From NCBI GenBank assembly GCA_963775425.1, contig CAVZJB010000004.1:384001-448000 (forward strand): 64,000 nt of DNA, given 5' to 3'. The translations under genes were made by a program, and so were the position numbers. Below the pieces are notes generated by a model. It did no database searches, was not told the DNA's origin, and was given only the letters and a program-made list of their open reading frames with translations. Positions within the stretch are counted from its first letter, which is position 1; every line of letters starts with the position of its first letter. Below are positions 30,993-40,608 of this stretch, one piece after another. This stretch comes from an uncultured delta proteobacterium. Lineage in GTDB: Bacteria; Myxococcota; UBA727; VGSZ01.

Positions 30993-32273
30993 TCAACCTG
31001 CCGGCCTCACGACGAAGGGGTACGTGACCACCACGTCGCCGCCGCCCTTGGGCGCGGGGAACACCCAGGTGCGCACGTGGCGCGCGACGCAGCCGTCGAG
31101 GCTGGCGTCGCCGCTGCCGGCGCTGACGCGAGCGGAGCGCACGCGCCCCGAAGGGCCGATGACCCACGCGAGGGACACCTTGCCCTCGAGCCCCGGGGTG
31201 CGCAGCAGCGCGCGCTCGTAGCACGCCCGCACCTGGTCGACGTGAGCGCGCACGACGCGCCGGATGATCTCGCGATCGAGGGCCCCGACCACGACGGCGG
31301 GATCGCGCTGCACGACGACCTCGTAGTCGCGCTTGGCGCCGATGTCGCCGCCGACGGCGCCGAAGTTGCCGCGGGCGCGGCCGCGCCCGGTGTCGACGGC
31401 GCCGATGCCGATGATGCCGACGCCCGCCGCGCCGCCGTCGCCGCTTCGCGCCCTGCCCTGCAGACCGAGGCCCGGCGGCGCCGTCGTCGCCGTGGCGCCG
31501 TCGATGGAGCCGACGAGGCCGGCCACCTGCTCGAACCGGTCATCGCCGACCACCGAGGAGAGCCCGCCCGGGCCGCCGAACAGCGCCGCGAGCCTGCCCT
31601 CGACGACGTCTTCATCGCTGCGCCTGGGCTGCGCCGCCGCCTGCGCCGCCGCCCGCGGCGCCCGCGGCGACGACGGGGACGACGGCGACGGCGTCGACGG
31701 GGCCGACGGCGACGACGGCGACGACGTCGGCGACGCGGACGGCGCGCGCGCCGGCGGTGTCACGCGCGCGATGACCGTACCGAAGCGCGCGGCGGTGACG
31801 GCGAGCGCGGCGGCGTCGTCGTCGACGGCGCGAGGGACGAGCGTGAACATCGCCACGAACGCCGCCATGGCGAACAGCGTGACGGTCGCGGTGTTGGCCC
31901 ACAGCGCATCGAAGATGGGCGCGAGCGCGGCGACGCGGGATCGATCCGCGCGACGGACCTCGAGGGTGAACGCGCCGATACCGACGGTGGCGCTGACGTC
32001 GTCGTCCACGAGGACGGTCGCCCCAATCTCAGCGCAGAGCGGCACGGCACGGCCCGCGCGCTCGATGATCCCGCGCATCCCCGGCGCCGTCGTGAGCAGC
32101 CAGCCCGAGGCCGACCGCACGAGGAGCGGGTGGCTCTCGGCGTGCTCGAGGGGAACGAAGAGGTCGTCGCTCGGCAGGCGCCCAACGGTGAGGGTGCGCT
32201 CCTCGACGAGCTTCCTCACCTCGACGACGTCACGCCCCCAACGCAGCACCACCTCGACGAAGCTGTCGGCCAT
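30993..32273 (-). CDS. GltG paralog lacking the FHA domain (TM plus AgmX/PglI TonB-like C-terminus)
   Basis: Shares VEV...WG.DVV, APIFD.LWANTA.VT.FA, LD.EIIRRVVR.H and WVFP.PKGGG.V.V.YPF with the adjacent gltG. Confidence 0.85.
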   Translation of the reverse strand: MADSFVEVVLRWGRDVVEVRKLVEERTLTVGRLPSDDLFVPLEHAESHPLLVRSASGWLLTTAPGMRGIIERAGRAVPLCAEIGATVLVDDDVSATVGIGAFTLEVRRADRSRVAALAPIFDALWANTATVTLFAMAAFVAMFTLVPRAVDDDAAALAVTAARFGTVIARVTPPARAPSASPTSSPSSPSAPSTPSPSSPSSPRAPRAAAQAAAQPRRSDEDVVEGRLAALFGGPGGLSSVVGDDRFEQVAGLVGSIDGATATTAPPGLGLQGRARSGDGGAAGVGIIGIGAVDTGRGRARGNFGAVGGDIGAKRDYEVVVQRDPAVVVGALDREIIRRVVRAHVDQVRACYERALLRTPGLEGKVSLAWVIGPSGRVRSARVSAGSGDASLDGCVARHVRTWVFPAPKGGGDVVVTYPFVVRPAG

Positions 32274-32328
32274 CGCATCCTCCGCGTGTCCGAGAGACCG
32301 CGGCCGCGCACCCGCGGTTCCCCGCGGA

Positions 32329-32364
32329 GAAAACGAAACCGCGGCCTCCAGGGCCGCGGTTTCG
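32329..32364 (-). terminator. Intrinsic terminator after gltG
   Basis: Minus strand CGAAACCGCGGCC-CTGGA-GGCCGCGGTTTCG followed by TTTTCT. Confidence 0.75.
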
Positions 32365-32396
32365 TCACGCTCGCAGGAGCCTGGACGCGTCGACGC

Positions 32397-34691
32397 TCAA
32401 CCGCCCTGCTTGAACACGAAGGGGTAGCTGACGATCACGATGCCGCCGCCCTTGGGCTTCGGGAACACCCACGTCTTGATCTTCGAGGCGAGGCAGTTCT
32501 CGACGTTGGCGTTGTGCATCTGGGTCTCCTCGGTCTGCGCCTGCGTCACGCGGCCGCCGCCGTTGATGACCCACTTCATCTTGATCTTGCCGAAGATGCC
32601 GGGCGTCCTCGTGAGCTCGCGCTCGTAGCAGTAGCGGATCTGCGACGCGTGCTCGCGCACGACGCGGCGGATGATCTCCTTGTCGAGGGAGCCGAGGATG
32701 ACGGGCGTCCCCTGCGTCATCGTGACGTCGTGGTCGCTCTTGTTGCCGAGGCCGCCTTCGCCGGAGCCGTAGCCGGCTTCACCGGAGCCGCGGCCGCGGG
32801 TGCCGACCTTGCCCGTGCCGAGGGTGTTGAGGCCGACGCCGCCGCCGCCGGGGCCGCCGCCGCGCAGGCCGAGGCCGCCGACGCCGCCGGACGCGCCGAC
32901 GCGCGCGCCGTCGATGCCGCCGAGGGCTGCTTCGAGCGCGCCGCCGCCGGTGTCGTTGTCGAAGAGCTGGGCGATGCCGCCGGCGCCCTTGTCACCGAAC
33001 AGCGCGTTGAGCTTGCTGGACACGACCTGCTCGTCGGTGGGCTTCTGCGCCTTCACCGCCATCTTGTTGTGCGTCTCTTCCTTCATCTTCTTGTCGCCGG
33101 CCTTGCCCTTGTCGTTCTTGGCCGCCTGCTTGGCCGCCTTGGGCCCCTTGAGGCTCTTCAAGAAGGAGTTGTCCTTGGGCGGCGGCTTCAAGATCATCGT
33201 CTGGAACTTGGACGGGTTCGTGAGGAGGTCGTCCTCCATCGAGTCCAGGCCGACGGGCATCAGCGTCACCACCGCGAGCATGGCCGTGGTGGCGAACATG
33301 GTCACCACCGCCGTGTTCGCCCACAGCACGTCGAAGATCGGCGCGATGGGGATGATCTTGGACTTCGGCACCACGCGCACTTCGACGACGAACTGCCCGA
33401 TGGAGAGCTGCACGCGGGTGTCGTCGGTGAGCTGCAGCGAGAAGCCGCTGCCGTCGGGCGCGCCGCCGGCCTGCGCGAGCGGCACGCTGGCGTCGCCGCG
33501 CGAGACGTTGCCCGACATCGCCTTGGTGTAGTGCACGGTCCAGCCGCCGCCCTCCGAGGAGCGCAGGAGGTCCCAGGTGGGCCCGTCGGCGAAGCCATCG
33601 AGCGGGACGAACATCACCGGCGACTTGTTCTTCTTGCCGACGAGCGCCGACGCGTCGCGGGCGTCGTCCTGATCGACCTTGCCGATCACGACCGCGGGGA
33701 CGTTGCGCACGCGCTTGCAGTCGACGACGTCGTTGCCCCACTTGATGGTGACCTCGACGTAGCGGTTCTCCGGCGTGACGCGGTCTTCGGGGATGGGCGG
33801 GAGCGGCGGCGCCGCCATCATCAGCGCCGGCCCCGTCTCCGCGGTCTGCGGCGGGCGCGCCAGCGGGCGCGCCGCGGCGGGCGGCGACGTCGGCCGCGGC
33901 CCGGGCTGCGCCGGCGCGCGCGCGGCGGCCGGCGCCGCGACGGCGGCGGGCGGCGACGTCGGCGACGCGGCCGCAGATGACGGCGCAGATGACGGCGCAG
34001 ATGACGGCGCAGATGACGGCGCAGATGACGGCGCAGATGACGGCGCAGACGGCGGCGCCGTGGGCACCTGCTGCAGCGGCTGCGTCCTGGGCGCGTCCGT
34101 CGACGACGGCGCCACCTCGGAGGCCGGCGGGCGCGCGAACACCTCGCTGGTCTGCGTCCCCGCGGGCACGGAGCTGTTGAGCTCCGCCCGCAGCGCGTTC
34201 ACGTCGGTGGGCCCGGACGTGAACACGCCGGTGTGCGACGACAGCCCGCCCTCGAACGGGGACGCGGCGGGGGCGGCGGCAGCGGCGGGCGCAGCGGCAA
34301 CAGCGGCGGCGGCGGGCACGACCTCGGTGACGCTGGTGGCGCCGGGCGCGGAGGCGGCGGCGCCGCTCCCCCTGAGGGCCGCGATCTCGGTCTCGTCGAG
34401 GATGACCACCAGCCGCGAGTCGCCAAGGCCGACCTCGTCGCCGTGCTTGAGACGGACCCGGCTGACCTTGTCGCCGTTGACGCGCGTTCCCTCGGCGGAG
34501 CCCATGTCGATGATGGACACCTCGTTGCCGGCCGCGATGTCGATGACGGCGTGGATGCGCGAGACCTTGGGGTCCTCGAGGCGAAGGTGGGCCGACGCGA
34601 GGCGCCCGATCTTGATGATGTCGCGCTCGAAGACCTGTGTGTCGACGAGATTGTCGCCACGATGGACCTTGATGCCGATAGCGCGTGCCAT
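32397..34691 (-). CDS. gltG: Gliding motility protein GltG/PglI (FHA, Pro-rich linker, TM, TonB-like C-terminus)
   Basis: FERDIIKIGRLASAHLRLED..VSRIHA..DMGSAEGT.VNG FHA domain; QIRYCYE..L; GGAG upstream of ATG 34691. Confidence 0.9.
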   Translation of the reverse strand: MARAIGIKVHRGDNLVDTQVFERDIIKIGRLASAHLRLEDPKVSRIHAVIDIAAGNEVSIIDMGSAEGTRVNGDKVSRVRLKHGDEVGLGDSRLVVILDETEIAALRGSGAAASAPGATSVTEVVPAAAAVAAAPAAAAAPAASPFEGGLSSHTGVFTSGPTDVNALRAELNSSVPAGTQTSEVFARPPASEVAPSSTDAPRTQPLQQVPTAPPSAPSSAPSSAPSSAPSSAPSSAPSSAAASPTSPPAAVAAPAAARAPAQPGPRPTSPPAAARPLARPPQTAETGPALMMAAPPLPPIPEDRVTPENRYVEVTIKWGNDVVDCKRVRNVPAVVIGKVDQDDARDASALVGKKNKSPVMFVPLDGFADGPTWDLLRSSEGGGWTVHYTKAMSGNVSRGDASVPLAQAGGAPDGSGFSLQLTDDTRVQLSIGQFVVEVRVVPKSKIIPIAPIFDVLWANTAVVTMFATTAMLAVVTLMPVGLDSMEDDLLTNPSKFQTMILKPPPKDNSFLKSLKGPKAAKQAAKNDKGKAGDKKMKEETHNKMAVKAQKPTDEQVVSSKLNALFGDKGAGGIAQLFDNDTGGGALEAALGGIDGARVGASGGVGGLGLRGGGPGGGGVGLNTLGTGKVGTRGRGSGEAGYGSGEGGLGNKSDHDVTMTQGTPVILGSLDKEIIRRVVREHASQIRYCYERELTRTPGIFGKIKMKWVINGGGRVTQAQTEETQMHNANVENCLASKIKTWVFPKPKGGGIVIVSYPFVFKQGG
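33973..34044 (-). repeat. Perfect 12-bp tandem repeat x6 encoding an APSS linker in gltG
   Basis: (GCAGATGACGGC)6 on the + strand. Confidence 0.95.
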
Positions 34692-34774
34692 TCTGACTCC
34701 TTCGCGTTCTTCGTCAGGCGCCCCCCGGTAGGACAAGCGCCCGAAGTCGCGAGTTCCCTGACGGATCCCGGGCC

Positions 34775-35062
34775 CTAAGGCCCGAGGGGGAGCTCCTGGG
34801 CGGACGCCAGGAGCTCCCGTGTGAAGCTCTTGCGAAGCTGGATGAGGCTGCGGACGCCGCGCGCGCGCGGCGGCAGGGTGACGACGTTGTCGGGCTCGCG
34901 CAGGTCGCGTCCCACGATGACGTCGGGGGCGATCTCGATGACCTGCACGCGCTCACCCGTCGCCGGGAGCGCGCGCGCTCGATCGTGCGCGGGGCGCGCC
35001 TGCGCGAAGGCGGGCGCGGCCACGCTGGCGAAGAGGGCGACGATGAAGAGGGGACGCATCAC
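34775..35062 (-). CDS. Divergent GltF paralog
   Basis: Signal peptide; DL.EPD and RSLIQLRKSFTRELLAS parallel gltF DL.TPD and RSLIRIRTDFRREVLGS. Confidence 0.75.
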   Translation of the reverse strand: MMRPLFIVALFASVAAPAFAQARPAHDRARALPATGERVQVIEIAPDVIVGRDLREPDNVVTLPPRARGVRSLIQLRKSFTRELLASAQELPLGP

Positions 35063-35346
35063 AGGTCCGAGATGGATCCCAGCACCTCGCGCCGGAAGTC
35101 GGTGCGGATGCGGATGAGGCTTCGATGGCGCATCTTCTTGCGGGCCTCGAGGTAGACGGCGTCGGGCGTCTTCAAGTCGCCTTCGATGGTGTCGTCCTCG
35201 AAGTTGATGACGGTCTTCCTGCTGTAGGAGACCCCGTTCTCGCTGACGGTGTCTTTCTTGTCTTGCGCGAGCACCGGGGACGATGTGGCCGCAATCGCCG
35301 TCACCGCGATCGCGATCAGCGGAAGGGGGAATCGCAAGCGCCTCAT
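35059..35346 (-). CDS. gltF: GltF/CglF
   Basis: GGAGG RBS; signal peptide; KTVINFEDDTIEGDL.TPD...LIRIR.DF motif. Confidence 0.88.
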   Translation of the reverse strand: MRRLRFPLPLIAIAVTAIAATSSPVLAQDKKDTVSENGVSYSRKTVINFEDDTIEGDLKTPDAVYLEARKKMRHRSLIRIRTDFRREVLGSISDL

Positions 35347-35517
35347 GTCACACCTCCGGACAGATCGGACACTACCACGACGTCGGGGTTCCACTTCCAG
35401 AAGCCGGGCGTGCGAGGTGGGCCTGCATCGCACACAGGCCCTACGTGTCCGCATCGGCCACCCACCCGACGCCCCAAAGGGCCGGGCGCTGCGCCGCGCG
35501 GTCGACGTGACGGCGCA

Positions 35518-37083
35518 CTAGTCATCGTAGAATTTGTCGTCCGTCTCGGGCGCGAGCTGACCCTTGCCCTTCGTCTTCTTCTTCTTCTTCTTCTTCTTCA
35601 CCTTCTTCTTCTTTTCCTTGTCGGGCGGGGCGCTGGCGGCGTCGTCGGGCTTGTCGGCGCCGGCGTCGGCCGCGGGCGGCTGATCGCCGCCGCCGTTGTC
35701 GGCGACGGGCGGGCCCTCGGCGGGCGGTTGGCCGTCGGCGGGCGGCTGGCCCTCGGCGGGCGGCTGCCCCTCGGCGGGCGGCTGCCCCTCGGCGGGCGGC
35801 TTGGGGTTCTTGGCTTCCTCGGCGGCCTTGGCGGCGGCCTCGGCGGCGGCCTCCTCCTGCTGCTTCTTCTGCTCCTCGAGCATGCGCTTCTCCTCCGCTT
35901 TGGCGGAGATGAGCGCGTCGGCTTCCTTCAAGAGGTCGTCGGCCTCTTTGATGGGGCTCGACGTCTTGGCCATGTACTTGTCGAAGGCGCTCTTGGCGGC
36001 CTCCGGGTCCTGCAGGAAGCGCAGCTCGAGGATGCCGAGGTTCAAGGCGGCGTCGGCGTAGTTGTCGTCGACCTCGATGGCCTTTTCGTATTCGGCCTTC
36101 GCCTGATCGAACTGGCCGAAGCCCTTGAGCGCGAGGCCGAGGCTGTTGTGGAGGCTGGCGTTCTTGGGCTCCACGGCGATGAGCGCCTGCAACTGCGCCG
36201 CCGCCGTCTTCCAGTCCCGGTTGGACAGCGCCATCTCCGCGAGCGCCACGCGTGCGTCGACGTGGTTGGGGTCCTTCTCGATGACCTTGGTGTAGAGAGC
36301 GCGCGCGGTGGCGACGTCCTTTTCGTTCATCGAGACGATGGCGAGCGCGTAGTTGAGCTCGGCGTCGTCGGGCGAGAGCTTGAAGCCGCGCTGCACGATG
36401 AGGCGCGCGAGCTGCGGCTTGCGGGCTTCGGCGTACAGACGCGCGAGCAAGCGGTACGCCGCCAGCGAATGGCGGTCGTACATCAGCGCTTCGCGCGCGA
36501 GCCGCGAGGCGGTGTGCGCGTCGCCGTCGCGCTGGAGGATGCGCGCGAGCCGCAGGCGGGCCGACACGGCCTCGGGGTGGCGGTCGATGACGTCGGTGTA
36601 GAGGGCCTTGGCCTGGTCCATCTGCCCGCTCTGCTCGAGCAACAGGCCGAGGTTGTTCACGGCGGTGTCGAGCGAGGGATCGGCGTCGATGGCCGTGCGG
36701 TACGCGCGCGCGGCGTCGTCGACCTTACCGTCCTTCTCGTCGAGGACGCCCAGGTCGTAGTGGGCGACGGCCAGCTTGGGATCGGCCTCCGCGGCCTCCT
36801 TCAAAGCGTCGCGGGCGCCGCCGACGTCGTTGCTCTTGAGCTTGTCGGCGGCCTTCTGGAAGGCGACGGCCGCGTCCTCGGTGGTCTTGGTGCCCGCAGC
36901 GGCGCCGGTGCCCACCGAGGAGCTGCCGCCGCCGCCGCCGCCGCCGCCTGCCGCGCCGGTGGTCTTACAGGCCGCGGCGAGCGCGAGCGCCGCCACGGCG
37001 AGGACGAGGCGGGCGACGAGGCCGGATCGGCGACCGGAGGGAGCGGCCGCGCTCCAGCGGGCGGACGTGAGAGACCGGGTCAT
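35518..37083 (-). CDS. gltE: TPR lipoprotein GltE/AglT
   Basis: LAAAC lipobox; TPR array; Pro-rich and Lys-rich tail; between gltD and gltF. Confidence 0.82.
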   Translation of the reverse strand: MTRSLTSARWSAAAPSGRRSGLVARLVLAVAALALAAACKTTGAAGGGGGGGGSSSVGTGAAAGTKTTEDAAVAFQKAADKLKSNDVGGARDALKEAAEADPKLAVAHYDLGVLDEKDGKVDDAARAYRTAIDADPSLDTAVNNLGLLLEQSGQMDQAKALYTDVIDRHPEAVSARLRLARILQRDGDAHTASRLAREALMYDRHSLAAYRLLARLYAEARKPQLARLIVQRGFKLSPDDAELNYALAIVSMNEKDVATARALYTKVIEKDPNHVDARVALAEMALSNRDWKTAAAQLQALIAVEPKNASLHNSLGLALKGFGQFDQAKAEYEKAIEVDDNYADAALNLGILELRFLQDPEAAKSAFDKYMAKTSSPIKEADDLLKEADALISAKAEEKRMLEEQKKQQEEAAAEAAAKAAEEAKNPKPPAEGQPPAEGQPPAEGQPPADGQPPAEGPPVADNGGGDQPPAADAGADKPDDAASAPPDKEKKKKVKKKKKKKKTKGKGQLAPETDDKFYDD

Positions 37084-40000
37084 TCGCTACCTCCACCGAC
37101 GGGCTCGTCGAAGCTCATGTCGCCGTCCTTGCCGGCGACGGGGGCGCTCACGGCGGGCGGCGCCTCCACCTTGACGCCCGGCGGCGGCGGCGGCGGCTCG
37201 GTGCCGGGCGCAGGCTTGGCCTTGTCGCCGATCTTGGGGATCTCGAGGACGAGGCCCATGCCATGCTCCGGCGGCCGCGTGGACACGGCGACCTTGTCGC
37301 GCTGCTCGAGGTTGTTCTTGGGGAACGTGTTGGGCCGGTGCTCCTCGAGGTACGCGAGGCACTTGCGCGTCCATTCGTTGAACACCGCGAACTGGGCGCT
37401 CTTGTCGAGGCAGAGCGTCATGTAGTTGGCCGCCGCCTCGTCGAAGGGCAGCGTCTGCTCTTCCAGCTTGGACTTGAACAGCTCGCTCTGCTCCTCGGTG
37501 AGCCCCCGGGGCGGCCTCACGGCGAGGATGGACTTCACGAGGTCGGCCGTCGCCTCGCCGTTTCTGAACAGCGAGGCCACCGCCCACTCCGGGCTCTTGA
37601 GCTTCACCACCGTGAGGTAGGCGGCGTCGACGGCGTCCTTGGCCTTGCGCTTCTGCTCGAGCGTGCTCTTGAACTGCTTGGGCTTGTCGGCCTTGGCGAT
37701 CTTGATCTTCTTGTACTTCTCGAGCACCTCGTCGGCGTTCTTGAACGCGACGAGCGCGAGCGGATCGCCGACGTCGTCGAGGGGCTTGCCCGTCTTCTTG
37801 TAGGCGGCGCCCTGGACGGCCAGCCCGCGCAGGGCTTTCTCCAGCGACGACTTGCCCTCGTGGTGCTTCACGCGGAGCTGGTACGCCTTGTACTGCGCGT
37901 TCAACGCCTTCACCGGGTCCTTGCGGCGCCACTTGTCCGCGAAGTCCTCGTACGACTCGATGGCCTTCCGGAGGTTGCCGGACTCCTCCCACGCCGTGGC
38001 GATGGAGTAGCTGACGTCCTCGGCGTCGTCGGCCTTGGGGTAGCTCTTCAGGTACTTCTCGCGGTCCGCGACGCCGGTGCGCGTGTCACCGGTGCCGACG
38101 CGGTAGATGCTCGCGTTGAACAAGGCGTCCTTGGCCCGGTCCTTCTGGCTCGGATCCTTGGCGTACTTCTCGTTGAACTTCTCGAGCCACGCCGCCGAGT
38201 CCTTGTAGGCGACAATCTGCTCGTACGCGTCGGCGATGTCGTACATCTGATCGGGGACGAGCGGGCTGTCCTTGTACGCGTTCACGAGCCGGATGCGCAC
38301 CTTGATCGCGCGGTCGAGCGCGCCCGCGCGGGTGAATGTGGCGGCGGCGTTGGCGAGCGCCTTGTCGGCGAGGGTGGACTTGGGGAACTCGTCGGCGAAC
38401 GCGAGGTAGCGCTTGCCGGCCTCCGGCCAGTTCTTCTCCTTCTCGTACTTGGCGATGAGCTTGAAGGACGACTCCTCGACGATCTTCCGCACGAGATCGA
38501 CGAAGTCGGGGTTCTTCATCAGCTTGTCGTTGGCGAGGAACTTGCGCGCCACCTTGTTCAGGTTCTCGTAGTCCTCCTGGATGCCATAGGTGTCGAGCAC
38601 CAGGTTGGCGGCCTGCTCGGCGCGCGGGTGATCGGGGAACTTGTCGATGAAGTCGAGGAAGCGCGGCGTGGACTCCTCGAAGTAGTTGTACTCGTAGAAC
38701 GTGCGCGCGATCTTGTACGTGGACTCGACGGCGATCTTTCCCTTCGGGTAGTTCTCGACGTAGTTCTTGCACGCCGCCATCAGCTTCTTCTTCACCTCGG
38801 GGATGGGCATCTTCTTCAAAGCCGATCCCGGGCTGATGGCCGCGGCGCCCTTGTTCTTCTGCGCACGGTCGTAGTCCTTGACCACCTCGTCGTAGGCGCG
38901 CACGGACTCCTCCGCCGACGCCTCCGCCCACTTCCCCTTCTTGTCCTGGAGGAAGACCTTCACGTACTGCTCGCCGGCCTGCTCGAACTTCTCCAGCTTG
39001 TAGAGGAGCTCGGCGTAGAAGAAGCGCATCTCGTACGCCTCTTTGCGCTCCGGGAAGAGGTCGAGGTAGTCGCCGTACAGCTCGTAGGCGTACTCGAACG
39101 TGTTGTTGTCGAGGGTCTTCTTGGCCTCGTTGTGCCAGGTGGTGGCGAGGTAGCGCAGGGTGTTGTCGGAGACGTCGTCGGCGGCCTTGAGGTCCGCCTC
39201 GACGTCCGACTTGCGCGGGTCGCCGTCCTTGATGCTCGCGAACACGCTGCGCACCCGCTTGTACTCGTCGGCGAGCTTGCGCGCCTGGCCCACCACCTGG
39301 CGCTTCTGGCCGATGCGCGAGGCCAGCTTGACGATCTTGCCCTGGTACAGGGGGTTCTTGGTGTTGGCGGGCTCCATCTTCATCAACGTCTGGTACGTGA
39401 TGATGGCGTCGCGATCCTTGCCGTCGCCGTAGTAGATGTCGGCGAGGCGCTCGAGCATGGAGCGCAGCTCGCCGGGCTCCTTGTCGTCGACGACCTGCTT
39501 GAACTCGTTGGGCGCCTGCGCCGCGCTACCGAACTGCGCATATGCGAGCACGTAGTCCTTGCGCGCCTCGCGGGCGAGGCCGATGCCGCGCTTGTCGTGC
39601 AAGAGCTTCATCTGCGAGTAGAGGATGACCTCCTTGAACTTCTCCGTGGCCTTGTCGAAGCGCGTGAGGTTGTAGAAGCACCACCCCTGCTTGTAGGTGG
39701 CGTAGCCGAACACCGTGGCCTCCTGGTTGGCGGCCGCCTTGGTGTACGCCTCGAGGGCCTTCTTGACGTCGCGCTCCTCCTCGGGCCCGACCTGGAAGTA
39801 GTACTCGCCGAACGCGAGCCACGCGTCGGCGATGTACTGCGCCTTGGGGAACTCCTTGATGAGCCGCCGGTAGACCTTGAGCGCGTCTCGGTACTGGTTC
39901 CTGTCCCAGTACGCCTGTCCGAGGCTGTACAGCACGTCCGGCATGCGCTCGTACTTGGGGTAGCGCCGCTCGATGGCCTCGTAGAGCTTGATGGCGTCCG

Positions 40001-40553
40001 TGCCCCACTTCTTCTGTTCCTTGAGCTCCTTCTCCTTGTCGTCCTGGAGCTGGAGCACCTTGGCGTCGTTGCCGTTCGAGAGCGCGGCGGCGATGGCGTC
40101 GTCCTTCTCCATGCCGTTGAAGAAGTGCTGCTGCCCTTCCTCCAGGAACAGCTCCGCTTTCTGGAAGTAGAGGTCGGGCTTCTCGTCCTCGGGCGGGTTC
40201 TGCTTCAAGATCTTGTTGAGCTGGTCGATGAGCTCTTTGCGCTTGGCGCCCGTCTTGCGTTCGATCTGGTGGCGATAGACCTGGTACGCGTCGGCGCCGA
40301 GGTCGCCGCCGGTGTTCACCTGCACCTTCTCGCGCGCCGCCTCCTGCACGACGGTGGGGACGCGCGCGTCGCGCTCCTTCTGCGCCTCCTCCGCCTCCTT
40401 CTTCTCCTGCTCGTCGGCCTTGGCGCCGATGCGGTCGGAGTCCTTCGGCGGCGCCATGGTGGGCGGCGCCCGATCCGGTTGTTCGTCGGCGAGCGTCGCC
40501 GGCACGCCCAACAGGGCGGTCGTCGCTGCGGCGGCGAGCAAAGTGCGTTTCAT
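37080..40553 (-). CDS. gltD: Exported TPR protein GltD/AgmU
   Basis: GAGGAG RBS before ATG 40553; signal peptide; long TPR array with YKQGWCFYN, EARKDYV, LATTWHNEAKKT; synteny. Confidence 0.85.
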   Translation of the reverse strand: MKRTLLAAAATTALLGVPATLADEQPDRAPPTMAPPKDSDRIGAKADEQEKKEAEEAQKERDARVPTVVQEAAREKVQVNTGGDLGADAYQVYRHQIERKTGAKRKELIDQLNKILKQNPPEDEKPDLYFQKAELFLEEGQQHFFNGMEKDDAIAAALSNGNDAKVLQLQDDKEKELKEQKKWGTDAIKLYEAIERRYPKYERMPDVLYSLGQAYWDRNQYRDALKVYRRLIKEFPKAQYIADAWLAFGEYYFQVGPEEERDVKKALEAYTKAAANQEATVFGYATYKQGWCFYNLTRFDKATEKFKEVILYSQMKLLHDKRGIGLAREARKDYVLAYAQFGSAAQAPNEFKQVVDDKEPGELRSMLERLADIYYGDGKDRDAIITYQTLMKMEPANTKNPLYQGKIVKLASRIGQKRQVVGQARKLADEYKRVRSVFASIKDGDPRKSDVEADLKAADDVSDNTLRYLATTWHNEAKKTLDNNTFEYAYELYGDYLDLFPERKEAYEMRFFYAELLYKLEKFEQAGEQYVKVFLQDKKGKWAEASAEESVRAYDEVVKDYDRAQKNKGAAAISPGSALKKMPIPEVKKKLMAACKNYVENYPKGKIAVESTYKIARTFYEYNYFEESTPRFLDFIDKFPDHPRAEQAANLVLDTYGIQEDYENLNKVARKFLANDKLMKNPDFVDLVRKIVEESSFKLIAKYEKEKNWPEAGKRYLAFADEFPKSTLADKALANAAATFTRAGALDRAIKVRIRLVNAYKDSPLVPDQMYDIADAYEQIVAYKDSAAWLEKFNEKYAKDPSQKDRAKDALFNASIYRVGTGDTRTGVADREKYLKSYPKADDAEDVSYSIATAWEESGNLRKAIESYEDFADKWRRKDPVKALNAQYKAYQLRVKHHEGKSSLEKALRGLAVQGAAYKKTGKPLDDVGDPLALVAFKNADEVLEKYKKIKIAKADKPKQFKSTLEQKRKAKDAVDAAYLTVVKLKSPEWAVASLFRNGEATADLVKSILAVRPPRGLTEEQSELFKSKLEEQTLPFDEAAANYMTLCLDKSAQFAVFNEWTRKCLAYLEEHRPNTFPKNNLEQRDKVAVSTRPPEHGMGLVLEIPKIGDKAKPAPGTEPPPPPPGVKVEAPPAVSAPVAGKDGDMSFDEPVGGGSE

Positions 40554-40608
40554 GGCGGAGCTCCTCAATTGCGACCGAAGGGGGCGGTCGCGATGCAATC
40601 GCGCGGCG

